A stretch of DNA of 32,000 nt, taken from assembly GCA_039809905.1 (NCBI GenBank), contig JBDHVY010000001.1, positions 870,001 to 902,000 of the forward strand, in the 5' to 3' direction. The first letter of the stretch is position 1. Every line of letters begins with the position of its first letter. The notes below the pieces were generated by a model. It was not told where the DNA came from. It worked only from the letters and a program-made list of their open reading frames with translations, and did no database searches. Shown here piece after piece: positions 9,889 through 18,099 of this stretch. A program made the translations under genes and the position numbers. Source of the stretch: Candidatus Babelota bacterium (GTDB lineage: Bacteria; Babelota; Babeliae; Babelales; Vermiphilaceae).

Positions 9889-10578
9889 CTTAAACACCTT
9901 GCATGTATCATGGATGGCAATCGCAGATGGGCTACCCGCCAAAGTTTCGCGAAATTATTGGGCCATAAAAAAGGAATCGAAACAATACAAATTGTTATCG
10001 ATTTTTGTCTTGCAAAAAAAATATCATATCTTTCTTTATATGCCTATTCTATTGAAAATTTACACAATCGATCAGCAGAGGAACAGTATTATCTTTTTGA
10101 GCAATTAGCCTGGCAAGCGCTTGCGGATATTGATACATTTAAGAAAAAAAACGTACACGTACGATTTATCGGAGACCGAAAGCTTTTTCCAAAGAGTATG
10201 CAAACTATATCAGAAAAAGCTGAGTCGGAAACAGCTCATTGTACTGCGTTGCAGGTAAGCCTTTTATTCTGTTATGGTGGACGGCAAGAAATTGTTGATG
10301 CAGCAAAGCGTATTGCGCAAGCTGTTGCACAAGGGGCATTAAAAATAGATGACATTACTACGCAATTGTTTGAAGATAATTTGTGGGTTTCTGGTGTGCC
10401 ATCGCCGGATTTAATTATTCGTACGGGTGGTCAGCAAAGATTAAGCAATTTTTTATTGTATCAAGCAGCATATAGTGAACTTTATTTTCTTGATTGTATG
10501 TGGCCGGATATTTCCGAAAAAGAATTAGAATTGGCACTCACCTATTATGACGAGTGCCAAAAAAATTTTGGAAAATGA
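9883..10578 (+). CDS. uppS: isoprenyl transferase / undecaprenyl diphosphate synthase
   Basis: HLACIMDGNRRWA, LSLYAYSIENLHNRS, SPDLIIRTGGQQRLSNFLLYQAAYSELYF. The ORF track starts at a TTG (9874); ATG 9883 gives MGLKHLACIMDGN. Confidence 0.95.
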   Translation: MGLKHLACIMDGNRRWATRQSFAKLLGHKKGIETIQIVIDFCLAKKISYLSLYAYSIENLHNRSAEEQYYLFEQLAWQALADIDTFKKKNVHVRFIGDRKLFPKSMQTISEKAESETAHCTALQVSLLFCYGGRQEIVDAAKRIAQAVAQGALKIDDITTQLFEDNLWVSGVPSPDLIIRTGGQQRLSNFLLYQAAYSELYFLDCMWPDISEKELELALTYYDECQKNFGK

Positions 10579-10583
10579 AAAGT

Positions 10584-11351
10584 TTATTTTTCTAGCTTTG
10601 CTATTGCTTGCTCAATGGCAAAGATTAAACCATTATCAGTTGTAAATTCCTTTGCAATTTCTAGCGCAGATTTTCCTTCTGTATCGGTAGCCAATGGATT
10701 TGCTCCTGATTCAATAAGAGCGCGGGCTAAATCATAACTACCATAATAAATAGCGATAATTAATGCAGGCCCTTCATTTTTATAGACATAGTTTAAATCA
10801 GCGCCATAATTTAGCAATCTTCTAAGAGATCGTACAACAACATCAGGACTCATCTCCTTTGCCTTCATGCATAAATAACGAAGATCTTTTCTTAATTCTG
10901 ATTGGAATGTAAGAGTTTCTTTAGCACATTGTGTTTGCAATGCTGACCAAACTTTTTCATTAGTGGTATTAAATTTATGAGCAAGATATTTTGTTAATTC
11001 TGAGCAAAATCCTGGGTCATTTATTAATTGATTGAGACCTCTATTCACTTGAGCAAGAGAATTTATCGTTTGAGCAGCAGCTTCCAGTGATTGAGCTGTT
11101 CCATAAATACTCAATAACAAAATGATTTGACCTTGATCTGCTTTTGTCAATTGCTCGAAGGGATTAGGATCGTTGGTAACAGTTAATTGGCTTCCAGCAT
11201 TGGCTGTAGATCTGGTTCCTGTTAACATCTGACCGGCTCTCGTTACCCAGCGTCCAATCCGCTTGGCTCCAGGTAGGTCCATTGCTTGTAGGGTTGTCAA
11301 TGTTGCTAAAAATAACACTGCTGAAAAAAATATATTGATACGTGATTTCAT
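10584..11351 (-). CDS. secreted ankyrin-repeat protein (tandem array member 1)
   Basis: Preferred start MKSRINIFFSAVLFLATLTTLQAMD at 11351, preceded by AAAAAGGAA. Ankyrin-like SYDLARALIESGANPLATDTEGKSALEIAKE. The ORF call extends to 11420. Confidence 0.87.
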   Translation of the reverse strand: MKSRINIFFSAVLFLATLTTLQAMDLPGAKRIGRWVTRAGQMLTGTRSTANAGSQLTVTNDPNPFEQLTKADQGQIILLLSIYGTAQSLEAAAQTINSLAQVNRGLNQLINDPGFCSELTKYLAHKFNTTNEKVWSALQTQCAKETLTFQSELRKDLRYLCMKAKEMSPDVVVRSLRRLLNYGADLNYVYKNEGPALIIAIYYGSYDLARALIESGANPLATDTEGKSALEIAKEFTTDNGLIFAIEQAIAKLEK

Positions 11352-11416
11352 ATTATTTTCCTTTTTGTTATATATATTTATATTATACACTGCTGTTTTA
11401 CATAAAAGCAGATATA

Positions 11417-12202
11417 TCACTTTGTGCTATATTTGTTTTTTATTGCTTCTTTAATTAATTGTATTGCTTGTGGATTATTATATTCGGTTGCCCATTTCAA
11501 AGGTGTTATATTTTTTTTATTGGCTTGTTCGGGATTAGCACCAGCTTCTAACAATAACTGAATTAACGTCAGTGCATTTGAGGCGATAGCACGTATGAGG
11601 AGAGTAGCTCTATTTGGTTCATACGTAAAATTAAGATCTATATAATGTTCTTTCAAAAATGTATTAAATTTTTCCTGTAATTCTTGAGGTGAAACAGGTT
11701 TGTTGGTACAGAATTCACGGAACATCATTTGATTTCTTAATATATCTATTGCTGTTGGCATGCTCAAATGCCGACATACTACTTCATCAGAAGTATTAAA
11801 TTGGCGAGAAAGTCCTTTTATTATCTTAAGACAATATAAGGGATGGTTAAATGTTTGATTGAGTTCTTTATTTACCACAGAAAGAGAATTGATAGTTCCT
11901 GTTGCGAGATTAAAATCATCGGTATACATACCAGTTATAAGAAGCGACATAATTTGATTTTGTTTATCTTTGGATAAATTGCTAAATGGAGTTGGATCAT
12001 TAGGAATTGTTAATAGTTTTTTTAGTTCATTTGGATTACGTGGTGCTTTTCCTAAGAGAATGATCTCAACTGCTGCATCTGCGTATGTTTTAATTTTTTT
12101 AAAAACAGTGGTTTTTTTTGGAGGTTGCTGCATACCATTGCTGTAGCACATAGTTATTAATGCGGCAAGTGTAAATAATATATTCAATCTTATCGTTTTC
12201 AT
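11417..12202 (-). CDS. secreted ankyrin-repeat protein (tandem array member 2)
   Basis: Signal-like MKTIRLNILFTLAALITMCYSNGM; ankyrin-like NRATLLIRAIASNALTLIQLLLEAGANPEQANKKNITPLKWATEY. Confidence 0.87.
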   Translation of the reverse strand: MKTIRLNILFTLAALITMCYSNGMQQPPKKTTVFKKIKTYADAAVEIILLGKAPRNPNELKKLLTIPNDPTPFSNLSKDKQNQIMSLLITGMYTDDFNLATGTINSLSVVNKELNQTFNHPLYCLKIIKGLSRQFNTSDEVVCRHLSMPTAIDILRNQMMFREFCTNKPVSPQELQEKFNTFLKEHYIDLNFTYEPNRATLLIRAIASNALTLIQLLLEAGANPEQANKKNITPLKWATEYNNPQAIQLIKEAIKNKYSTK

Positions 12203-12223
12203 AATCTATCCTTAACATTACTT

Positions 12224-13060
12224 TTAATGGTATTTTCTTCCCATAAGTGCTTTGAGTGCAATTCTGTATTCCACGGGCATTTCAAGCGTTTGCAGAGGAT
12301 TTGGAAAATATATATCTAAAAGATCTCTGGCTGTATTGCCTTTTCTATTTCGCGCAGAAGGATTAGCTCCGGCTTTAATGAGAGGCCGTACAAATGAGAG
12401 GTTACCAGTTACAATTGCGAGCATCAGAGGAGTTTTGAGATCCACATAGGTATAGTTGATATCCAAATCGTTGAACTCTTCTATAAGACTTTGTAATGTT
12501 TCTTCAAATTCTTTTTCTGAAGAGGTGTTGTCACAACACAATCTAAATAATAGATTTTGTGAGAGAACTATCTCTCTTGAGGCGCCAAGTTGAATTTTTT
12601 CTGCAACTTCAGTTTCAGAAGAATTAAATTTTTTAGCCAGGAATTTTATGAGTTGCCGGCAAAAAACATGATCATAAAAAAGTTTGCGAAGATGCTCGTC
12701 TTGCTTAAAAAGATCTTTAAAAATATCAATGGTATTGTGAATTGTTGTTGGTGTTTTTCCGAATGGGCTACTGCTTGTCATGTAAAGCTTCAGGAGATAA
12801 ACAATGTTTTCTTGTGTTTTAGGTGTTAAATATTGAAAAGAATTGATTCCATCTTCGGACATAACTAATTGGTCTTCAAGCGCCTCACCACTTTCTATTT
12901 GTAATGGTATTTTATCCAATAGTATGTTTTTGATAAGAGTTATCCAATGGGGTTCAATGTTTTGGTCTAAGGCAAGTTTAGGAGGGTCCATAGATATAAG
13001 CTGAGAAGAGAAAGATGTCATTAAAATAGTGAAGACAATGTTCATTTTATGCAATTTCAT
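12224..13060 (-). CDS. secreted ankyrin-repeat protein (tandem array member 3)
   Basis: Signal-like MKLHKMNIVFTILMTSFSSQLISMD; ankyrin-like LKTPLMLAIVTGNLSFVRPLIKAGANPSARNRKGNTARDLL. AAAGGAA precedes the start. Confidence 0.87.
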   Translation of the reverse strand: MKLHKMNIVFTILMTSFSSQLISMDPPKLALDQNIEPHWITLIKNILLDKIPLQIESGEALEDQLVMSEDGINSFQYLTPKTQENIVYLLKLYMTSSSPFGKTPTTIHNTIDIFKDLFKQDEHLRKLFYDHVFCRQLIKFLAKKFNSSETEVAEKIQLGASREIVLSQNLLFRLCCDNTSSEKEFEETLQSLIEEFNDLDINYTYVDLKTPLMLAIVTGNLSFVRPLIKAGANPSARNRKGNTARDLLDIYFPNPLQTLEMPVEYRIALKALMGRKYH

Positions 13061-13271
13061 GAATATTTCCTTTTTAATGTACTGTTAAAGGGTATTTTTT
13101 TAGCTCTATATTGTAATGTATAGCATTTTTTTATTCAGATAGTAAATAATTTTGCTGATTTTGTATAAGTATCATCAGGTAACGCTTGTTTTGGTAGTAT
13201 ACAAATAGTAATTTTACGATATAATGGATAATAAAACTATTAATGAGTTTATTTACATTGGGATTTTATCG

Positions 13272-15134
13272 ATGATTAATGGGTATAATATATGTCTTGA
13301 AATGATAGATCAGGTCATATTTGATGATGTTTCTTTTGTTTTTGACCAAAATCAGCGGATTGGCTTGGTTGGTCGTAATGGTTCTGGAAAATCGACTTTG
13401 CTTAAAGTTATTGCAGGAAAGCAGCAGATTGATAGTGGATCTGTTGGTATTCAAAAAGGCAAAACAATTGCCTATCTTTCTCAGGATGTAGTTCTCCAGT
13501 CAGATAAATCTATTGTAGAAGAAACATATACTGCGTTTGCGTATGTAGCAGATTTGTTGAAAGAGCAACAAGAAATAGAAGCTCAGCTTGATAATGCGCA
13601 AGATCTTGATGAATTACTAGAACGATATGCAGTTGTTTGCGAAAAACTTCTTCATGTTGATCAAGAAGCAATGCGTGCTGAAGCAAAAAAAGTTTTGATG
13701 GGTCTTGGATTCAAGCCTGAAGTATTTGATAATCCAGTGAGCACGTTAAGTGTTGGTTGGAAAATGCGTATTGTTCTTGCAAAACTATTATTACAAAAAG
13801 CTGATTTTTATCTTTTTGATGAGCCAACTAACCATTTGGATATTGTTGCCAAAGAATGGTTTTTACAATTTTTAAAACGTGCTCCATTTGGTTTTGTTTT
13901 AGTATGTCATGATCGTTATTTCTTAAATCAGCTTTGCAATATTATCTTTGAGATTGAACGAGGCAAAGGCACTTTGTATGTTGGTGATTATAATCATTAT
14001 GAAAAACAAAAAGCACATGATGAAGCATTATTAGAAATGCAATACAAAAACCAGCAAAAAGAGCTTAAGCAGAAACAAGAATTTATTGATCGGTTTAAGG
14101 CAAAAGCAAGCAAAGCATCTGTTGCTCAAAGTATGGTTAAAAAGATGGAAAAAATTGAGCTCATAGAGTTGCCGCCATCACCACCTGATATTAATTTTAC
14201 ATTTCCTCCATTGCAACAATCAGGAAGTACGGTGCTTACGGTAGAAAATGTAGCGCATTCTTTTGGTGAAAAACAAATTTTTAAAAATGTTTCTTTTGAA
14301 GTGCAGCGCGGTAAGAAAATTGCATTAGTTGCTGCCAATGGTGTTGGTAAGACAACATTATTTAATTTAATTGCTCATAAATTACCCCTTGCCACTGGTT
14401 CTATTACTACTGGATATAATGTACATACAGCGATATTTGATCAAGATCAGACTGCATCGCTTGCATTAGATAAAACAATTTTGGAAAATATTACTGAAAG
14501 TTGTCCTAAGGCAACAGAGCAAAAAATTAGAGCATTTGCAGGTTCATTTTTATTTACCAAAGATAGTATTAATAAAAAAGTGGGCGTGCTGAGCGGTGGT
14601 GAAAAAAACCGTGTTGGTATGATTAAAGTATTGTTGCAAAATGCTAATCTTCTTTTGCTTGATGAACCTACTAACCATTTGGATATTCAATCAAAAGATA
14701 TTTTGTTAACAGCATTAAATGCCTATCAAGGTACTATTCTTTTTGTTTCGCATGATCAAGATTTTGTTAATAAGCTTGCAACAGATATTGTTGAGTTGAG
14801 CGTTGATGGTGCGCAGGAATATCAAGGTAATTATGAATTGTATTTGTATCAAAAGCAGCAAGAAGCGCAGCGAGCTCAAGCAGCTGAACAACAAAACAAA
14901 AAAACAGATTCAAAAAAACCAGAAGTAAGTAAACCAAAAAAAGTGGTTTCATCTTCAGATATGAAAGCTTTAGAGCGTAAAATTCAAAAGCTTGAACATG
15001 AGATAAGTAGAACAGAAAATAGTTTTGCCGATCTTATTTTTGGCACACCAAAATTTAACGAATCGCAAAAAAAACTAACTGATCTAAAAAAAGAACTCGA
15101 TGCTACTATGGCTGAATGGGAAGAAAGCCAATAA
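13272..15134 (+). CDS. ABC-F family ATP-binding cassette protein
   Basis: Two ABC domains: GLVGRNGSGKSTLLK ... LSVGWKMRIVLAKLLLQKADFYLFDEPTNHLD and ALVAANGVGKTTLFN ... LSGGEKNRVGMIKVLLQNANLLLLDEPTNHLD; linker and C-terminal coiled-coil-like tail. The called start 13224 lies inside a TATAAT-like box, so 13272 or 13302 is more likely. Confidence 0.93.
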   Translation: MINGYNICLEMIDQVIFDDVSFVFDQNQRIGLVGRNGSGKSTLLKVIAGKQQIDSGSVGIQKGKTIAYLSQDVVLQSDKSIVEETYTAFAYVADLLKEQQEIEAQLDNAQDLDELLERYAVVCEKLLHVDQEAMRAEAKKVLMGLGFKPEVFDNPVSTLSVGWKMRIVLAKLLLQKADFYLFDEPTNHLDIVAKEWFLQFLKRAPFGFVLVCHDRYFLNQLCNIIFEIERGKGTLYVGDYNHYEKQKAHDEALLEMQYKNQQKELKQKQEFIDRFKAKASKASVAQSMVKKMEKIELIELPPSPPDINFTFPPLQQSGSTVLTVENVAHSFGEKQIFKNVSFEVQRGKKIALVAANGVGKTTLFNLIAHKLPLATGSITTGYNVHTAIFDQDQTASLALDKTILENITESCPKATEQKIRAFAGSFLFTKDSINKKVGVLSGGEKNRVGMIKVLLQNANLLLLDEPTNHLDIQSKDILLTALNAYQGTILFVSHDQDFVNKLATDIVELSVDGAQEYQGNYELYLYQKQQEAQRAQAAEQQNKKTDSKKPEVSKPKKVVSSSDMKALERKIQKLEHEISRTENSFADLIFGTPKFNESQKKLTDLKKELDATMAEWEESQ

Positions 15135-15159
15135 TAAAAGCATTTTATTTAAAAATATA

Positions 15160-15186
15160 AACACCGCACTTTCGTTGCGGTGTTTT
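15160..15186. terminator. bidirectional intrinsic terminator between convergent genes
   Basis: AAACACCGCA - CTTTCGT - TGCGGTGTTT, a perfect 10-bp stem flanked by A- and T-rich tracts, between stops at 15134 and 15189. Confidence 0.85.
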
Positions 15187-15188
15187 AT

Positions 15189-15851
15189 TTATGATAATAT
15201 ACCTTGGGCTCGTAATTGTTGTCGCAAATCTTGAGCATTTTTAAAATGAATTCCATGCATGCCAACTGATTGTGCTGCTTTAACGTTTGCTAATTTATCA
15301 TCGATAAAGATTATTTGATGAGAGTTCAGATTATGTTTTTTTATATGAGTATAAAAAAATTCTGGATTTGGTTTTTTAATAATGAGTCCTGTTTTTGTTG
15401 ATTCAAACGGAATTGTTGCATCTTTAAACATGCTAAAAATTGATGAGAATTTACCTGCGCAATCATCAAATACTGTTTTTCCAATATTAGAACCTAAATG
15501 GTGTTCATATCCAAGTTGAGATAATTCATTCATAATAGCAACAGTTTTTTTTATAGGAGCATACGAAGAACATGCTTGGATGGTCAATTCTACTAATGCC
15601 TGATTATCCGCTTGCAATGCAGCTTTAATTAATTCTTCACTTACTAATTGTTTTTTAGTTAGTCGTAAGCGTTCAAGCAAGAAAGTACAGAGTATTTTTA
15701 CGGTTTTTTTATCTAATTTTCGTATAATTTCTTTTTTATTCTTAAATTGTATACAGACCATAAACCAGCTCCAAAGACTTTTTTCAAGAATAACATCATG
15801 AAGATCCCACAAAAAAATATGTGTGGTTGGAGAAAATGGTAATTTATTCAT
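15189..15851 (-). CDS. HAD-superfamily hydrolase
   Basis: N-terminal FLWDLHDVI; FIDDKLANVKAAQSVGMHGIHF motif IV. Confidence 0.85.
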   Translation of the reverse strand: MNKLPFSPTTHIFLWDLHDVILEKSLWSWFMVCIQFKNKKEIIRKLDKKTVKILCTFLLERLRLTKKQLVSEELIKAALQADNQALVELTIQACSSYAPIKKTVAIMNELSQLGYEHHLGSNIGKTVFDDCAGKFSSIFSMFKDATIPFESTKTGLIIKKPNPEFFYTHIKKHNLNSHQIIFIDDKLANVKAAQSVGMHGIHFKNAQDLRQQLRAQGILS

Positions 15852-15861
15852 TGTTATCCTT

Positions 15862-16575
15862 TCAGTGCACGCGAAGTTGCACAGATAATGGTTTATTTTT
15901 GTCTAATATTAATAGTGTGCCTGCAAATGGTCTTTGATCAATAACAATATGCTGAGCATTGTTAAGATGTATTGATGGAACATCACTAATAATATGTGGT
16001 TGTATGCCATAATTATCCAGAAAATCGATTACCTGTTGCAATGGCATATTGGTAAAATCTGGCCATATAATTGGCTTATTGTTTCCTGCAGAAATATAAA
16101 GAGTTAATTTATTTTTTTCGAGTGGTTGATTGTGTTGTGGTGACTGTGCAAAACAAAGGTTTTCTGGATAGGAATGAGATACATAATAAATACGTGGGTT
16201 AATGCCTTGTGCGTGGAGTTGATTACATAGCTCTTTACTTTGTATTCCAACACATTGCGGTGCACGTAGTGGTATAGGTTTTTTTGTTGTTACAATGAAT
16301 AAAGGTTGATTTTCTTTTATTTTTGTTCCTGCTGCAGGTGTTTGATTAAGGATAATGCCTTCTGGTATATCACTATTAGTTTCTTCTATTTGATCAATAA
16401 GACGAAGATTAAGTTTGTGCTTGGTAATCAGAGGTAAAATTGTATGTACTTCTTTGCCAATAACATCTGGTGCAGTTATTTCTGGTATATGCAAAAGTAT
16501 ATGCATCACAAAATATCCAGAAAAGAAACTTATAAATGGCAACAACCATAAAAAACTTTTACTGCGTAAGTACAT
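15862..16575 (-). CDS. membrane-anchored PASTA-domain protein
   Basis: One N-terminal TM segment (FLWLLPFISFFSGYFVMHILL) then PASTA-like repeats (APDVIGKEVHTILPLITKHKLNLRL...ILNQTPAAGTKIKENQPLFIVTT). ATG 16575 avoids overlap with rnpB; the ORF call extends to 16668. Confidence 0.85.
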   Translation of the reverse strand: MYLRSKSFLWLLPFISFFSGYFVMHILLHIPEITAPDVIGKEVHTILPLITKHKLNLRLIDQIEETNSDIPEGIILNQTPAAGTKIKENQPLFIVTTKKPIPLRAPQCVGIQSKELCNQLHAQGINPRIYYVSHSYPENLCFAQSPQHNQPLEKNKLTLYISAGNNKPIIWPDFTNMPLQQVIDFLDNYGIQPHIISDVPSIHLNNAQHIVIDQRPFAGTLLILDKNKPLSVQLRVH

Positions 16576-16601
16576 GAAAATAAAGATCCTTATTAAGAGA
16601 A

Positions 16602-17032
16602 ATGGGGTATAAATAAGCCGGATTTTGTGATTTAGATATATCTTACGACTATCCAAATTGACAACCATCTATCTATGCGACATACCCGTGTGTTTAACCG
16701 GAATGAACGACCGACACACACTTCTTTGTCTTGCTTCCAGTAGGGTTTGCCCATTGTATATATTACTACATACAATTGTGCGCTCTTACCGCACATTTTC
16801 ACCATTACATTAGCCCATTTTTCATTGCATTCCAAAATGACAACTCTTTTTAAGAAGTTTCTCATTAAGAAAGCCATGTGAGACTAAAGCTGTTTTTTTC
16901 TGTGGCACTTTCCATAAGCCTAAGCTTTCCAGCATTGAGTATAAATACTCTCTACTGGTACTGTGTTCATTAGAAGTCCGGACTTTCCTCACGTAAACCG
17001 TAATTTACGCGCGATTGTCTTATATACCCCAT
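16602..17032 (-). ncRNA. rnpB: RNase P RNA (bacterial type A-like)
   Basis: On the minus strand: P1 5' strand AUGGGGUAUAUAAG pairs with 3' strand CUUAUUUAUACCCCAU; AGACAAUCGC; GAGGAAAGUCCGGACUUC; GGUAAGAGCGCAC; GGCAAACCCUACUGGAAGCAAGAC; UAGAUAGAUGGUUGUC; CAAAAUCCGGCUUAU. Confidence 0.95.
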
Positions 17033-17485
17033 ATATTTTAATGTCAAAGAGAAACATATTGTTAGTAATAGGGTACCACTAATTCTTATAATAGTATAGT
17101 TTTTTGTAGTGATAATCCCGAAAAGATACCTTTCAATCGCATATATTTGAATTATCATGCCTATTATGATCAGGGTAATCAGGTGGGCGAGAGAAGGGTA
17201 GAAGTTCTTACGAAAAAAATAAGCGACTATGGTCAATGGAGCACATAAAATAGCAGTAAGAGAAAATGAGCTATAAAAACAAAAGGATTCAATACATTGT
17301 AAGAATGCTATGAAAATCAAAAGGAGATATCTTTGATTATGCAAAATAATTATGCAATAAAAACATAAAAGAAAAGGGATGTTTATTTTTCCAATCAGAA
17401 AAAATTGTCCCAAATCAATACTAAGAAGCAAGATTGCCATTCCGATCAAAAAAAGATTTTGCTTAGTTTCATTTATACATAACAT
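16970..17485 (-). CDS. small polytopic membrane protein, MreD-like topology
   Basis: 171 aa with about five hydrophobic segments. The C-terminal 63 nt overlap rnpB. Confidence 0.6.
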   Translation of the reverse strand: MLCINETKQNLFLIGMAILLLSIDLGQFFLIGKINIPFLLCFYCIIILHNQRYLLLIFIAFLQCIESFCFYSSFSLTAILCAPLTIVAYFFRKNFYPSLAHLITLIIIGMIIQIYAIERYLFGIITTKNYTIIRISGTLLLTICFSLTLKYMGYIRQSRVNYGLREESPDF

Positions 17486-17531
17486 AATAATTATAATAAC
17501 TTCTTTTTAATGTAAACATGAGAAAATGATT

Positions 17532-17552
17532 ATTGATAAGAATCTTATCAAT
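17532..17552. promoter_or_regulatory. inverted repeat between divergent genes (possible operator or hairpin)
   Basis: ATTGATAAG-AAT-CTTATCAAT, perfect 9-bp arms. Confidence 0.35.
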
Positions 17553-17655
17553 GAGTGTTATAGCGATAGCAATAATATTGACCAATAGCATCAGGAATGC
17601 TATTTTTTGTACAACACTATAATGTAGTTTCATTATAAAATAAAAGGAGATTTCA

Positions 17656-18099
17656 ATGAAACGTTCTTTTTTAATGATAGTGAGTGTTGTTATATTTCCC
17701 GTGTGTCTATCTGGAGCACATGAGTATGAATATTTGTGCAAAACTATTTCTTCTTTGGGCAGTAGTATTGAACAAGTGGATAATATCCCTGGTATTGGAA
17801 AACTTACCAATTTGTTACCATTTGCAGTTCTTGCAAATAGCCTCAAAGAATGTCCCATGCAAACAATCGCAGTTTTAGCTGCAATTAGTATGTATATGAT
17901 TGCTCAAAATGAAACTGTTCGTGAAACGATAAATACCTATGAAGTTACCAATACTTTTCCCTGGATCAAAAGAAGTAATAAAATTGATGTAGATGTTGAA
18001 GATCCTCGATTCTTTGTTTTTGATGAAGAATATAATGGTTACGATGAATATGGTGGCTATGATGAATACGAGAGTAAAGAGATTGAAGATAATATTTGA
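17656..18099 (+). CDS. small exported protein with acidic/Tyr-rich C-terminus
   Basis: Signal peptide-like MKRSFLMIVSVVIFPVCLSGA; AAGGAG upstream (17642-17652 region); C-terminal EEYNGYDEYGGYDEYES. Confidence 0.7.
   Translation: MKRSFLMIVSVVIFPVCLSGAHEYEYLCKTISSLGSSIEQVDNIPGIGKLTNLLPFAVLANSLKECPMQTIAVLAAISMYMIAQNETVRETINTYEVTNTFPWIKRSNKIDVDVEDPRFFVFDEEYNGYDEYGGYDEYESKEIEDNI

Noticed and set aside
13224-13271. ATG at 13224 as the start of the ABC-F gene
   Set aside because: It overlaps a TATAAT-like box (13220-13225), and the extra residues (MDNKTINEFIYIGILS) do not resemble ABC-F N-termini.
16632-16877. 81-aa minus-strand ORF, plus the N-terminal extension of the PASTA ORF to 16668
   Set aside because: Both lie within the RNase P RNA gene. 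PASTA is better started at ATG 16575.
17469-17858. 129-aa minus-strand ORF
   Set aside because: It overlaps the signal-peptide-bearing 17656-18099 gene antisense and has no upstream ribosome binding site or conserved motif visible to me.
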